From NCBI GenBank assembly GCA_965261085.1, contig OZ253442.1, positions 288,001 to 352,000 on the forward strand: a stretch of 64,000 bases of DNA. Direction: 5' to 3'. The notes under the pieces are model-generated. The model saw only the letters and a program-made list of their open reading frames with translations. It did not search any database and was not told where the DNA came from. A program made the translations under genes and the position numbers. Source of the stretch: a bacterium (lineage in GTDB: Bacteria > UBA8248). Below, piece after piece: positions 47,949-58,095 of the stretch. Each line of letters begins with the position of its first letter. Positions within the stretch are counted from its first letter, which is position 1.

Positions 47949-49283
47949 CTAGTGTAGCAATCTCCTGCCCGATTCCGCCAACGCCTCCATTTTTTCCCTC
48001 AAGTGCGGATAGAGCAGTTTCCCGTCTTTCTTCACGATTTTTCCGGCCACGAACACCGTATCGACATTTGCGAAAGACGCCTGGAAAACGACCGTCTCGA
48101 GCGCGTCGTGCACGGGGAAGAGGTTCAAATCGCTCTTTCTGATCAGGATGACGTCCGCCTGCTTGCCGGGCTTGAGCGTTCCCGCCTTGAATCCGAGCCC
48201 CAAGGCGTTGGCGCCGTCTATCGTCGCCCACTCCAGCGCGCGCCTCGCCGGAACCGCGATTTGCGTCGGCGAGGTTTTCCCGTCCAGTATCTTCTGGTTC
48301 TCTTGCGCGCGGGCGAACTGGAGCCCCACCCGCATCATGGTGAACATGTCGCCGCTGATGTTTGATTCCACGTCGATGCCCAGCGTCGGCCTGCCGCCCA
48401 GCGCCAGAACCCGCCCGATGACGGGCTCGCCGTGGCCCATCTGCATCTCCACTTCGGGACACGAGGTTACCGAACAGCCCGAATCGATGAGGATTCTCAA
48501 TTCCTCCTCGCTCAACTGATTCGCGTGCACGGCGTTGAAATCGGGACCCAGAAGCCCCCTGCGCTCCAATTCCCTGATCCCGTCGGGCGCTTCGCGGTGA
48601 AAACCGCCTCCGATGTGCGCGCTCCAGAGCAAATCGTATTCGCGGGCCAGGCAAATATCGTGCACGCACATCTCGAGTGTGGAAAGATCGGGCCCCCTCG
48701 TCGCCAGGGCCAGGGTGATGAGACCGCCGTCCGAAGCCAGCCTTCCCGCCCGCAAGCGTCTGACCTCCTCGGGGGGATGCGGCCTGTGGCTGAGCGGCAA
48801 CTCGCCCTCGGCAATCCTGGGCTTGGGTGTTCCATGTCCGAAGACCGCGCGAATACCCGCCTCCGCCAGGCCGTCGAGGCCCGCGTCGGTATGCTCGGGC
48901 GTGGGATTGTTGTGGCACCAATCAAAAAGCGTCGTGACGCCGCCATTGAGCTGGTTCAGCGCACCCATCAGGTTCGCCAGATAGACATCTTCAGGCCCAA
49001 ACCTGGGCCCGAAGCCCTGGTGCACGTTGTGGAAATACTGCGCCAGCGACCAATCGCCCGCGACGCCGCGTATGCCCGTCTGCCAGGTATGCTGGTGGGC
49101 GTTCACGAAACCGGGCATGACGATGAAATCGCTCGCGTCGATACTCTCGGCCTCGGGCGCATGAAGCCTCTGGCCGATATCCTTGATCTCATCGTCCTCG
49201 ATGAGCAGGTCGCCGTTTTCGATGTCGCCGAGTTCGGGATTGAGGGTGAGGAGGCTCCCCCCGCGCAAAAGCGTCCTTCCCAC
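47949..49283 (-). CDS. Amidohydrolase (deaminase/chlorohydrolase-like)
   Basis: MPGFVNAHQH, GVTT, AVH, GID and GKQAD. Confidence 0.88.
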   Translation of the reverse strand: MGRTLLRGGSLLTLNPELGDIENGDLLIEDDEIKDIGQRLHAPEAESIDASDFIVMPGFVNAHQHTWQTGIRGVAGDWSLAQYFHNVHQGFGPRFGPEDVYLANLMGALNQLNGGVTTLFDWCHNNPTPEHTDAGLDGLAEAGIRAVFGHGTPKPRIAEGELPLSHRPHPPEEVRRLRAGRLASDGGLITLALATRGPDLSTLEMCVHDICLAREYDLLWSAHIGGGFHREAPDGIRELERRGLLGPDFNAVHANQLSEEELRILIDSGCSVTSCPEVEMQMGHGEPVIGRVLALGGRPTLGIDVESNISGDMFTMMRVGLQFARAQENQKILDGKTSPTQIAVPARRALEWATIDGANALGLGFKAGTLKPGKQADVILIRKSDLNLFPVHDALETVVFQASFANVDTVFVAGKIVKKDGKLLYPHLREKMEALAESGRRLLH

Positions 49284-50392
49284 TACAAAGACCCTCCCTC
49301 TGGCGGGGCGAATTCCTTAAGCGCCTCATCGTTCCATTCCAGTCCGAGTCCGGGCTTATCGGAGAGAATCAGGTTTCCGTCCTTAAACTCCATCGGCTCC
49401 TTGATGATGCACTCCCACCAAGGCATGTGCTCGCACCAGACGCCGTGCGGCTCCGCGCTCAGGAGATGCGCCGATACTTCATGGAACAAATGCGGGGTCA
49501 CCGGCTTCCCGAATTCCTGCGCCAGCGCCGCCGCGCGACGCCAGCCCGTGACGCCGGAGCAACGCTCCAGATCGGGCATCAGGATATCGGCCGCAGCCGC
49601 GACGAGCAGGTGCCGCATCCCCCGGGGGTTGTAGTTCGTCTCACCGGTGCAGATCGGAATGCTGCTGGCCTTGGCGACTTCCGCGCATCCCCTGATGTCT
49701 TCGTGATCGACCGGCTCCTCCACCCAGTAGAGGCCAAAGGGTTCAAACGCCTTGCACGCTCTTTTCGCGGTTTCCACGTCCCATGCCTGGTTGGCGTCCA
49801 CCATGAGCGCGACTTCTGCACCTATCGCCTCGCGCACCGCGCGAACCCGCTCGACGTCCTCATCCACGCTCCCACCCACGCGGAGTTTCATGGCCTTGAA
49901 ACCACGCGCCTTGAGGGCGGCGGCCTCCTCTACGAGTTCGTCTATCGTCAGATTGAGCCAAAGGCCCTCGCTCGCGTAGCAGGGAATCTCCCGCCTCTCA
50001 CCGCCGATGAACTTCCAGAGCGGCTGGCCCGCCGCCTGTGCGGCCAGGTCCCAACACGCGGTATCCAGCGCGGACATCGCCAGGGCGCTGATGCCGTCGC
50101 GACCGACGAAGCTCACCGCCTTGCGCATCGCCTCCCAGTTCGCCTCGGCATCCGCCGGATCCTTGCCCAGCAGATTGGCGAACAGATCGCGCGCCATCGC
50201 AATCATCGCGCGGGTGCGCTCGGGGCCGAAGGCGAAACACCAGCCGTGGCCTTTGAGACCCTCTTTCGTGCGAAGGGTGACGCAACAGGTGTCGACTGCA
50301 TGGACCTCGAAAGTGGCCACCTTGAGCGGTCGTTCCAGCGGCACGCAAACATGCGCCGGCGTCATGCTGATGATGGTTTGAGAAGACGGCAA
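49283..50392 (-). CDS. Mandelate racemase/muconate lactonizing enzyme family protein
   Basis: KAMKL, MVDANQ, WVEEP, GE, PD and E metal/catalytic positions. Confidence 0.88.
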   Translation of the reverse strand: MPSSQTIISMTPAHVCVPLERPLKVATFEVHAVDTCCVTLRTKEGLKGHGWCFAFGPERTRAMIAMARDLFANLLGKDPADAEANWEAMRKAVSFVGRDGISALAMSALDTACWDLAAQAAGQPLWKFIGGERREIPCYASEGLWLNLTIDELVEEAAALKARGFKAMKLRVGGSVDEDVERVRAVREAIGAEVALMVDANQAWDVETAKRACKAFEPFGLYWVEEPVDHEDIRGCAEVAKASSIPICTGETNYNPRGMRHLLVAAAADILMPDLERCSGVTGWRRAAALAQEFGKPVTPHLFHEVSAHLLSAEPHGVWCEHMPWWECIIKEPMEFKDGNLILSDKPGLGLEWNDEALKEFAPPEGGSL

Positions 50393-50534
50393 AACAGGCC
50401 TCCTTCGAAACGAGTGTGAGTTGTTTCTCTGTCCTTCATGAACTTTGCGCGACAGGTTACCCTGTTCGGCCCCGAATGGCTATAATCCCATGGACCGTAA
50501 TTTTCGAGGGAAAACCCAGGGAGTAAAACTACCG

Positions 50535-51404
50535 ATGAGCGCCATCAGGCTTCAGAAAATTATCGCCCAGGCAGGCCTCTCCTCGCGCCGGGAGGCGGAG
50601 CGTTTGATCGAGGAGGGTTGCGTTCAGGTGAACGGAGCACGCGTGCTCACCTTAGGCGCCAAGGCGGACCCGCTGACCGATTCCATCAAGGTGAATGGAA
50701 AGCTCATTACGAGAAAGGAATCGCCCATCTATCTCGTGCTGAACAAGCCCAGGCACGTGCTCACCACCATGCGGGATGAGGAAGGCAAGGACAGGCCCAC
50801 GGTGGCGGATTTACTGCCCCAGGGCCTTCGGCGCGTATTCCCAGTCGGCAGGCTCGATTTCGACGTCGAGGGCGTATTGCTTCTCACCAACGATGGTGAA
50901 ATGGCGAACCGCCTCGCTCACCCGAGTTACGAGATACCCCGCGTCTATGAGGCGAAGGTGAAGGGGATGCCCTCCGAGGCCGCCCTCACCCGGATGTCGG
51001 ATGGTTCATGGATGCGCGGGCGGGGCGGAAAGCCCCTGCCGGCTCACGTGCGGATAATCCGCGGCAAAACGGAGAAGAACACGTGGCTCAGAATCGAACT
51101 CCGCGAGGGCAGACAACACCAGGTCAAGAAAATGTGCGAGGCCGTGGGGCATTCCGCCATCAAGCTCATCCGGCGCGCATACGCAGGGATTACGGCCAGG
51201 GGCCTTCCCGGCGCTCGCGTCCGAACGCTCACCCGCGATGAGGTCGAAAAACTCAAGGAAATGACGAAAATTCAAGCCGCCCCGGCGAAGCGCCCGCCTT
51301 CCAGGGCAGGCTGGGCCAAGGCCAGAACGAACCCGAAACGAACGGCGCGCAAAGGAGCCGCGAATCAGAAAACGAAGGAACCGGGGAAATCCGGCCCTCG
51401 ATGA
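50535..51404 (+). CDS. rluB: Pseudouridine synthase, RluB/RsuA family
   Basis: S4 domain RLQKIIAQAG..SRR, LNKP, VGRLD, LLLTNDG and EGR..QVKKM. Confidence 0.88.
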   Translation: MSAIRLQKIIAQAGLSSRREAERLIEEGCVQVNGARVLTLGAKADPLTDSIKVNGKLITRKESPIYLVLNKPRHVLTTMRDEEGKDRPTVADLLPQGLRRVFPVGRLDFDVEGVLLLTNDGEMANRLAHPSYEIPRVYEAKVKGMPSEAALTRMSDGSWMRGRGGKPLPAHVRIIRGKTEKNTWLRIELREGRQHQVKKMCEAVGHSAIKLIRRAYAGITARGLPGARVRTLTRDEVEKLKEMTKIQAAPAKRPPSRAGWAKARTNPKRTARKGAANQKTKEPGKSGPR

Positions 51405-51505
51405 AACACACGCTCGATGAACGAGCCGGACAAGGGAAACCACGAGACTTCCTGTGTTATGATGAGTAAACATACACGAGGAAAGTACAAAAGGCCGCTT
51501 CGACG

Positions 51506-52111
51506 ATGAGCGCACCCGCTTCAAACAGATTAACGCTGGCGACCAAAATCACGCTGGTCCGGGTTTTCTTGATCCCCGTTTTCGTGATGTGCCTTGCCTA
51601 CAAGAAACCGGGAATCGCTCTGGCCGTCTTCATCATCGCGGGGGTGGCGGACGGCGTGGACGGCTATATCGCGAGACTGCGCGGCGAAATGACGGAACTG
51701 GGCGCCATGCTCGACCCCATCGCGGACAAGCTGCTCATGTTCACCGCATACATCATGATGGGGGTTACAGGACAAATTCCGATCTGGCTGGCCATCGTCG
51801 TCGTGAGCCGTGATCTGTTGCTTTGCATCGGCTGCATGGCGTTGTTCATGACGGTGGGCTTCAAAACGCCATCGCCCTCGTTTTTGGGAAAAGCTACGAC
51901 GACCGCCCAAATGATCACCGCAGGGGCCGCTCTTCTGGCGGCGGCGCTGGGAGCGGAGACGAACATCGTGCTGTTGTCTACGTTCCTGATCACCTGCGCC
52001 CTGACGCTCGCCTCAGGTGTCCATTATCTTTTTTTCGTGGGCACCCGTATGATTTACCAGAAACCAGACAGCGGCCAGGTGGAGAAATCCACCTCTGCAG
52101 CCCGGGACTGA
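51506..52111 (+). CDS. CDP-alcohol phosphatidyltransferase (PgsA family)
   Basis: DGVDGYIAR...GAMLDPIADK. Confidence 0.9.
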   Translation: MSAPASNRLTLATKITLVRVFLIPVFVMCLAYKKPGIALAVFIIAGVADGVDGYIARLRGEMTELGAMLDPIADKLLMFTAYIMMGVTGQIPIWLAIVVVSRDLLLCIGCMALFMTVGFKTPSPSFLGKATTTAQMITAGAALLAAALGAETNIVLLSTFLITCALTLASGVHYLFFVGTRMIYQKPDSGQVEKSTSAARD

Positions 52112-52127
52112 GGCCAGGTCACCCGAC

Positions 52128-53186
52128 ATGGACAACCCATCCCAAATCCTCACGTGGAAGAGAATCTGGCTGATTCTGATACTCATCGCCATTATCTGGC
52201 TTTTGTTGAGCGCCCGGGCGGCTCTGGTTCCACTGGCGGCTTCCTTCATCCTCGCGTATTTGCTCCAGCCTCTGGTCGACAGGCTGGAGACATGGAAAAT
52301 ACCGCGACCCCTCGCCGTCTTGATCCCCTTGCTGGGCTTGGGCCTGGTTCTGTTCATCTTGTGGGTGAGCATATCGCCCGTGGTGCAGGAGCAGGTGACG
52401 GCCTTCGCCCAAAAACTTCCCGGCTACATCACCGTCATCCAATCATGGCTCATCGCCACGATCGATAGGTTTGACCTTCCCCAGACCGCCGAACTGAAGA
52501 AGTACTTCACCGAAAACCTCTCCCTCCTGGGGCAGTTGCCCATGTCGGCGCTCAAGACGGGCGGCTCGTTTCTGCTGAAAACGACCAGCGGTCTTTTCTC
52601 CATCGCCATCGGCATGATCTACATCATCCTCATTCCAGTCATGACCTTCTACTTCTTAAGAGATTGGAAACAGATATCGGCGGCGTTTTTCGCCTACGTT
52701 CACCGCGATTACCGCAAAGAGGTGGAAAAAAGGGTATTCCGGCTCGACGAGCTCCTCGGCTCGTTCATCAAAGGCCAGTTGCTCATCGCCATCATCCTCT
52801 CCGCTTTGTACGTCCTGGGCTTTTTCATCGTGGACATGCCGCTGTGGCTGGTGCTGGGCATCTTCACGGGAATATCGTGCATGTTTCCCTACGTGGAATG
52901 GATTATCGCCCTGCCGATCGCCTTGCTGCTCTCCGCACTCGCGCATCAGGACTGGCTCCACCCCTTGGTGACGCTGGCCGTGTTCGGGGTCATCTCGCCC
53001 GCCGCGGGTGTTTTCCTCGTGCCTCGCATACTGGGCAACCGCATCGGGCTTCATCCCGTGGTGGTGCTCGCGTCCATCATGATAGGAGGTGAATTGATGG
53101 GGTTCGCGGGAATTCTCCTCGCCGTGCCGCTCGCGGCGGCCATCAAGGTGGGACTCGAGGCCATCAGCGACTACTACCTGACGTAA
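52128..53186 (+). CDS. AI-2E (PerM) family transporter
   Basis: AYLLQPLVDRLE, FYFLRD, GQL, PRILG..IGLHP and LAVPLAA. Confidence 0.9.
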   Translation: MDNPSQILTWKRIWLILILIAIIWLLLSARAALVPLAASFILAYLLQPLVDRLETWKIPRPLAVLIPLLGLGLVLFILWVSISPVVQEQVTAFAQKLPGYITVIQSWLIATIDRFDLPQTAELKKYFTENLSLLGQLPMSALKTGGSFLLKTTSGLFSIAIGMIYIILIPVMTFYFLRDWKQISAAFFAYVHRDYRKEVEKRVFRLDELLGSFIKGQLLIAIILSALYVLGFFIVDMPLWLVLGIFTGISCMFPYVEWIIALPIALLLSALAHQDWLHPLVTLAVFGVISPAAGVFLVPRILGNRIGLHPVVVLASIMIGGELMGFAGILLAVPLAAAIKVGLEAISDYYLT

Positions 53187-53228
53187 CTTCTCCTAGACGC
53201 TCTTGCCGGACGCCGGAAGCGTTCTCTC

Positions 53229-53891
53229 TCAGCCATCCTCTAGTTGAATTTTCCCTTCAATAAAGGCTCTGGCGCACTCATAGTGCCAGTTGATTCTGGT
53301 CCTCGTATGGAACCGCCGCAGTACGCAGCCGGGCGCTTTCGGCGCGCTTTTCGAGTTGCACCAGAGATACCGAGTCCCTCTGGCGCCATCGGTCAATGCG
53401 CAAAACAGTCCCACATAATCCTTACCGCCGAAGAAAACGATGTCATCCCCGGTTTCTTTCGGCAGTAAATTAAAATCGTCATATTGGTCTTTCTTACGTC
53501 TGCGTTTGTACTTTTCGGCGCCGGGGCTGAAGGTGACGTCATAAACCGGGGTCAGGAAATCAGAGCGGATCAAGCCCCACCCCGCAGAGAGGATATAGAA
53601 ACGCTCCGGCCCGCAATGTTCGGCCAAAAGCCCATAGATCGGGTTTTCGTAGAGCCGCCAAGCGGGAAGAAGTCCGTGCGGGTTGTCACATGGATCGGCA
53701 TTGTATTCAGAAAGCATGGTTCGCCACGGTTTTCCAGTATCGGAAACATCGTCCGGTCGCGCATAAGAGCAATTTGGGTCGTTGGGTGCGATGCCTGGGT
53801 CAGCGACGAACATCACCTTTCGTCCGTCTCGTCCGCGGAGATATCCGGCTTCGGGTCTCTTCCTCGCGGCGCATTGAATGACGAGGATCAT
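53229..53891 (-). CDS. Hypothetical protein, DUF6884/YaaA-like
   Basis: VIQCAARK, PAWRLY, YILSAGWGLI, YDVTF and FFGGKDY resemble the YaaA/DUF6884 pattern; ATGA overlap with the upstream gene. Confidence 0.6.
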   Translation of the reverse strand: MILVIQCAARKRPEAGYLRGRDGRKVMFVADPGIAPNDPNCSYARPDDVSDTGKPWRTMLSEYNADPCDNPHGLLPAWRLYENPIYGLLAEHCGPERFYILSAGWGLIRSDFLTPVYDVTFSPGAEKYKRRRKKDQYDDFNLLPKETGDDIVFFGGKDYVGLFCALTDGARGTRYLWCNSKSAPKAPGCVLRRFHTRTRINWHYECARAFIEGKIQLEDG

Positions 53892-54624
53892 GCGGAAATC
53901 TCCATCTCAGCGACCAAGCGCGTAAGAACGCCAAGAAAGGCCGGGTCGTAGTCTTCATTGACGTGATTTGAGTTCCACAAGCCGGAGGCCCGTACTTTTT
54001 CCCTGTTGCAATGATGGCCGAGCCACGAAGAAGAGGGCTGATCGATGGGATGCCTGCCATAATTGCTCAGGAGGGCGATTGCGTTCCTTTCGATGTATCC
54101 GCGCCGGCTGCCACGTCCCGCTTCGTCCTCGACGGCGAGCCAGAGGAAAGGCATCTCACCGATGCGCGTACTGACTATTCTTTCCAATGGTTGTTCGAGT
54201 TTTCTGACCTCACGGGGCGCGGAGTCGTCCTTTCCCCAAGAGGGATAGTTCAGACCGTCTTTTTTTTCAGGGCCGCTCCCACGATGAGTCTGAAGATCGA
54301 GCCCCCATGATTGCCGCCGCCGGTGCTCGCTACTCCTTTATGCTGCCTGAGGCGGTTCCAGAGTTTGGTTTTGGAGCCGGCTTTCAGAGCGTGCGTGCCC
54401 ACCCGCACGATGCGCGGGCCATTCCCGGTGTCGGCGCGAACCTCGCCCGCCTCCATGAAAAAATAGATTCCGCGCGCAGGCCATTTCATATAGCCGGAAC
54501 AATCGGACAATCGGCGCGCTCCGCCGAGACGCACTTCAAGCGATGCGAGAAGAGCATAAAACTGTTTCAAATGGTCGAGGCGTTGCGTGGCGCAGGCAAG
54601 GTCATCGATTGCATTTCTCGACAT
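53888..54624 (-). pseudogene. GIY-YIG-like nuclease gene split by a -1 frameshift at an A8 tract (pseudogene, programmed frameshift or sequencing error)
   Basis: GIYFF...RIVRVGTH...LWNRLRQH; ORFs 54250-54624 and 53888-54187 join into about 245 aa if one A is added at 54260-54267. Confidence 0.65.
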
Positions 54625-54691
54625 GAATCATCCTGAAAAAACATTTCGAAACGCCGGAGTTACTCGAAGACGGCGCGCATTTTCACGCCAA

Positions 54692-55216
54692 TCAGGCGGG
54701 TACTTCCACGTCCCGGTCCACCGCACGCGCCATGAGAAAGAGAAGGTCTGAGACGCGGTTGAGGTAAATGAGGAGGTCTGGATTGTCGATGTAGCCCTCA
54801 TCGCGCAGCTTCACCGACCACCTCTCGCCCCGGCGGATGATGGTGAGCGCCATATCCAGGGCGGCGCCGCAGGGGGAATCACCTGAGATCACCCAGTCGG
54901 TGATTTGAATCTCTTTTTCATAGCGCGCCACCTGCGCGTCGGCCCACGCGACCTGCTCTGCGCCCACGCGCTCCTTAAGCCTGCCGATCTTGCCCCTCAG
55001 CGTCGCCAAGTCGCTGCTCACGAGATAGAGATCTTTCTGGATTTTGAGAATTTCGGGCTTCAGCCATTCGGGCGCGGTCGAGCGGGCGAGGCCGAGCGCC
55101 GCCTTCGCCTCATCGAGCGCGCCGTAGGCCTGCACCTGGGGATGATACTTGGGAACCCTGTCCGCGAACCACAAGTCGGTGTTCCCATCGTCTCCTCTTC
55201 TTGTGACGATGGACAT
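54692..55216 (-). CDS. PduO-type cob(I)alamin adenosyltransferase
   Basis: TRRGDDGNT, AYGALDE, RRGER and YLNRVSDLLF. Confidence 0.9.
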   Translation of the reverse strand: MSIVTRRGDDGNTDLWFADRVPKYHPQVQAYGALDEAKAALGLARSTAPEWLKPEILKIQKDLYLVSSDLATLRGKIGRLKERVGAEQVAWADAQVARYEKEIQITDWVISGDSPCGAALDMALTIIRRGERWSVKLRDEGYIDNPDLLIYLNRVSDLLFLMARAVDRDVEVPA

Positions 55217-55233
55217 CGAATCACTCCTTCAGG

Positions 55234-56295
55234 CTAGAGTCTCTTGATGACGTCTGTGGCGACGGACTTCGTCGTCCCGGTGCCCCCTAAGTCCGCCGTC
55301 CGGTTTCCCTCGGCCAGATGCGCGCGAACAGCACCGTCGAGCCGTTTGGCGGCGCGCTCCTCGCCCAGATAATCGAGCATCAAGGCGGCGGAGAACAACG
55401 CGGCCACCGGGTTGGCGATTCCCTTGCCCATGATGTCGGGCGCCGAGCCATGCACGGGCTCGAACAGGCCGGGCGCGTCTCCCCTGGGGTTCGTGTTCGC
55501 GCTCGCGGCGACTCCCAGTCCGCCCACGATGGCGGCGCCCAGGTCCGTCAGGATGTCCCCGAACAGGTTCGTTGACACCACGACGTCGAATACCTCGGGC
55601 TTTCTCACGAACTCGAGAGCCGCGGCATCGACGAGATACTTCGCCGTCTTGACTTTCTTGTAGCGGGGCCTTGCGGCGACTTCCTCGAAAATCTCATCCC
55701 ACATCACCAGCGTATGGCCCTGCGCGTTTGATTTCGTGATGTTGGTCACGTGTTTTTTCCGCTTGAGCGCCGCCTCGAACGCCGCCTCGATAATGCGCTC
55801 ACAGCCCGCCCGCGTGAAGAGCGTTATCTGGGCGGCCAGCTCCGATGGGTGTCCCTCGTAATGCCTGCCGCCGATGGGACTGTATTCCCCCTCGGTGTTC
55901 TCGCGGAAGAAGAGCATGTCGATGTCGCCCGGCACGTAACCGCGCAGCGGCGATTCCAGCCCCTCGTATAAAACGATGGGACGCATGTTGACGTACAAAT
56001 CAAAACCCCGGCGTAGGGGCAGGAGGAGTTGATTGAGGGTGATGTGGTCGGGAATGTCGGGCCGGCCCACCGCGCCGAGCAGAATCGCGTCGTGCTTTCT
56101 GACGCGGTTCAGGAAATTCTCCGGGCACATCCTGCCCGTCTCGTGATAAAAATCGCTCCCCCAGGGGTATTTCGTAAAAGAAAATTCGAGTTTGGGCTCG
56201 CTCTTGGCCAGCGCCCGCAAGACGCGCACCGCCTGGCTGACGACCTCGGGCCCGATTCCATCCGCGGGGATTAAGCCAATATTGTGTTTCGCCAT
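55234..56295 (-). CDS. Tartrate/D-malate dehydrogenase-like (isocitrate/isopropylmalate dehydrogenase family)
   Basis: DGIGPEV, RENTEGEY, TKSNA, NLFGDILTD and FEPVHGSAPDI. Confidence 0.88.
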   Translation of the reverse strand: MAKHNIGLIPADGIGPEVVSQAVRVLRALAKSEPKLEFSFTKYPWGSDFYHETGRMCPENFLNRVRKHDAILLGAVGRPDIPDHITLNQLLLPLRRGFDLYVNMRPIVLYEGLESPLRGYVPGDIDMLFFRENTEGEYSPIGGRHYEGHPSELAAQITLFTRAGCERIIEAAFEAALKRKKHVTNITKSNAQGHTLVMWDEIFEEVAARPRYKKVKTAKYLVDAAALEFVRKPEVFDVVVSTNLFGDILTDLGAAIVGGLGVAASANTNPRGDAPGLFEPVHGSAPDIMGKGIANPVAALFSAALMLDYLGEERAAKRLDGAVRAHLAEGNRTADLGGTGTTKSVATDVIKRL

Positions 56296-56358
56296 CGTTT
56301 CTCCCTCATGCTCCCGCGCGCCGCGTGGGGGTCGTACACGCCCGTGCGCCGGGGAAAA

Positions 56359-57942
56359 CTAGAGTCCTTTTTCAATGAGATATTCCACTGGATTGTAATC
56401 GTCCGTCAAAACCGGGCCGTAGGTACGGGGGTCCGGCGGCGCCACACGCGCACGCGCGGCGAACGCGAACCGAGGGTCGCTGCGCATCATCTCGCGCACG
56501 CGGCGGAAGCGACCCGCATCCTCGTCTCGAAAACCGAAGATCAGGATGTTCTGCGCCAAGGCTGGGGTGGCGGGGTCCGTGCTGTAGATGAAAACTTCCG
56601 GAAACACCGACTCCATGGTCCGGTAGACAGATGCGTATATCGCCCCGCCCGCACCCGTGCGGTAGCCGATCAGGTTCAGCATGAATACGCCGCCGGGCGC
56701 CAGGCGCTCGTGCGCTTCTTCGAAAAACTCCTTTGTGACCAGATGCGGCGGTATGTTCCTCAAGCCCCGGTAGGCGTCGCCCACGATGAAATCGTATTTT
56801 TCTTGAGATGACCGCAGAATGCGCCTGCCGTCTCCCACCAGGGTCTTTAACTTCGGGAATTTTTCGAGCCGAAAAAATCTTTTCCCCGCATCGACGACGT
56901 CCGCATCGAGTTCGGCCACGGTGATGGCCATCTCCGGCTTGATGAGATGGAGCGCCTTGGGCATCGTGAAAGCGCCGCCGCCGATGAAAATCGCGCGCTT
57001 CATGTGGGGGGCGAACAGCGGCCCGAGTTCCAGGAAGCGGGTGTATTCATAAAAAAACTTCTTGTCATCGCCTATGACCATCGCCCCTTCGGGCTGATGA
57101 TCCAGGTACAACTCGCGCACCTTTGCGCCGTCCGCCTCGGCCCTCTCGAATACGCGAATCATGTGGTACATGTTCTCGCGCACCCACACCGTATCCTTCC
57201 CCACTCCGGGGATGACACCCAGCCATGCGGCGCCCGTCCCCATTGAGGCCAGGACGAAAACCGCGAGAAACATGCTCGCCCTTGCGTTTCGCTTCGAGAA
57301 AAGAGTGGTGAAATCGCCGCAGAGGTAGAGCCCCAACAGCGCCGCCAGCGCCAGGGCGCCCGCCGTCGTCAGGAAGATGCCGTTCAGTCCGAAGAAAGGA
57401 ATGAAGACGAAACCCGTCGCGAACGTGCCGACGATGCTCCCGACGGTGGACCAGGTGAAGAGGTTTCCGGTCACCGCCCCCAGGCTCCCCTCTCCTCGCG
57501 CCGCGAGTTTCACCGCGAAGGGCGTCAGCGTGGCGAGCACGCAACTCGGAGCGGCGAAGAGCAAAAGACCGGCGAACACAGGCCCCGAGCGGAGGCTGAA
57601 GCTCTCCTCCATCGTCGGTAGCAGAAACCCCCGCAAGGCCGGCACCAGGGCCACGAGGCCCGCGCCGCCCAGCATGAGCATAAAAAACAGCTTGCTCGAT
57701 GGTTTTTGGTCCGCGAGCCTTCCCCCGATGGAATAGCCCAGACTGAGCGCGGCCAGGATGATGCCGATCATCGAAGTCCACGTGTAGAGCGTGTTGCCGA
57801 AATGGGGCGCGAGCACGCGGCCCGCCGCGATTTCCATGACGAGAATCGAGCCGCCCGAGAGAAAAACCGCGAAATACAGATACAAGCCCACCACACTCTT
57901 CTCTTTGGTCTCCGGCGCTCGCCTGGGCTGTTTCGCCACCAT
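56359..57942 (-). CDS. Fused membrane domain/spermidine synthase-like methyltransferase
   Basis: EIAAGRVLAPHFG and GSIVGTF in the TM part; IGGGAFT, ELD, GDGR, DAY and PPHLVTKEF in the SAM domain. Confidence 0.87.
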   Translation of the reverse strand: MVAKQPRRAPETKEKSVVGLYLYFAVFLSGGSILVMEIAAGRVLAPHFGNTLYTWTSMIGIILAALSLGYSIGGRLADQKPSSKLFFMLMLGGAGLVALVPALRGFLLPTMEESFSLRSGPVFAGLLLFAAPSCVLATLTPFAVKLAARGEGSLGAVTGNLFTWSTVGSIVGTFATGFVFIPFFGLNGIFLTTAGALALAALLGLYLCGDFTTLFSKRNARASMFLAVFVLASMGTGAAWLGVIPGVGKDTVWVRENMYHMIRVFERAEADGAKVRELYLDHQPEGAMVIGDDKKFFYEYTRFLELGPLFAPHMKRAIFIGGGAFTMPKALHLIKPEMAITVAELDADVVDAGKRFFRLEKFPKLKTLVGDGRRILRSSQEKYDFIVGDAYRGLRNIPPHLVTKEFFEEAHERLAPGGVFMLNLIGYRTGAGGAIYASVYRTMESVFPEVFIYSTDPATPALAQNILIFGFRDEDAGRFRRVREMMRSDPRFAFAARARVAPPDPRTYGPVLTDDYNPVEYLIEKGL

Positions 57943-58095
57943 CCGCTCCTCGTAAAAACGAAAACCGCACTCTATGGCACTCAAAGCGCGTAGGCAAGCC
58001 TGGGGTCCGCCTGGATTTTTTCGGGTCGATGCCGCATAAATGAAATTCGCGCGGAAATGCGCTACATGGACTTTTCCTCAAAAGAGAACGACGAC

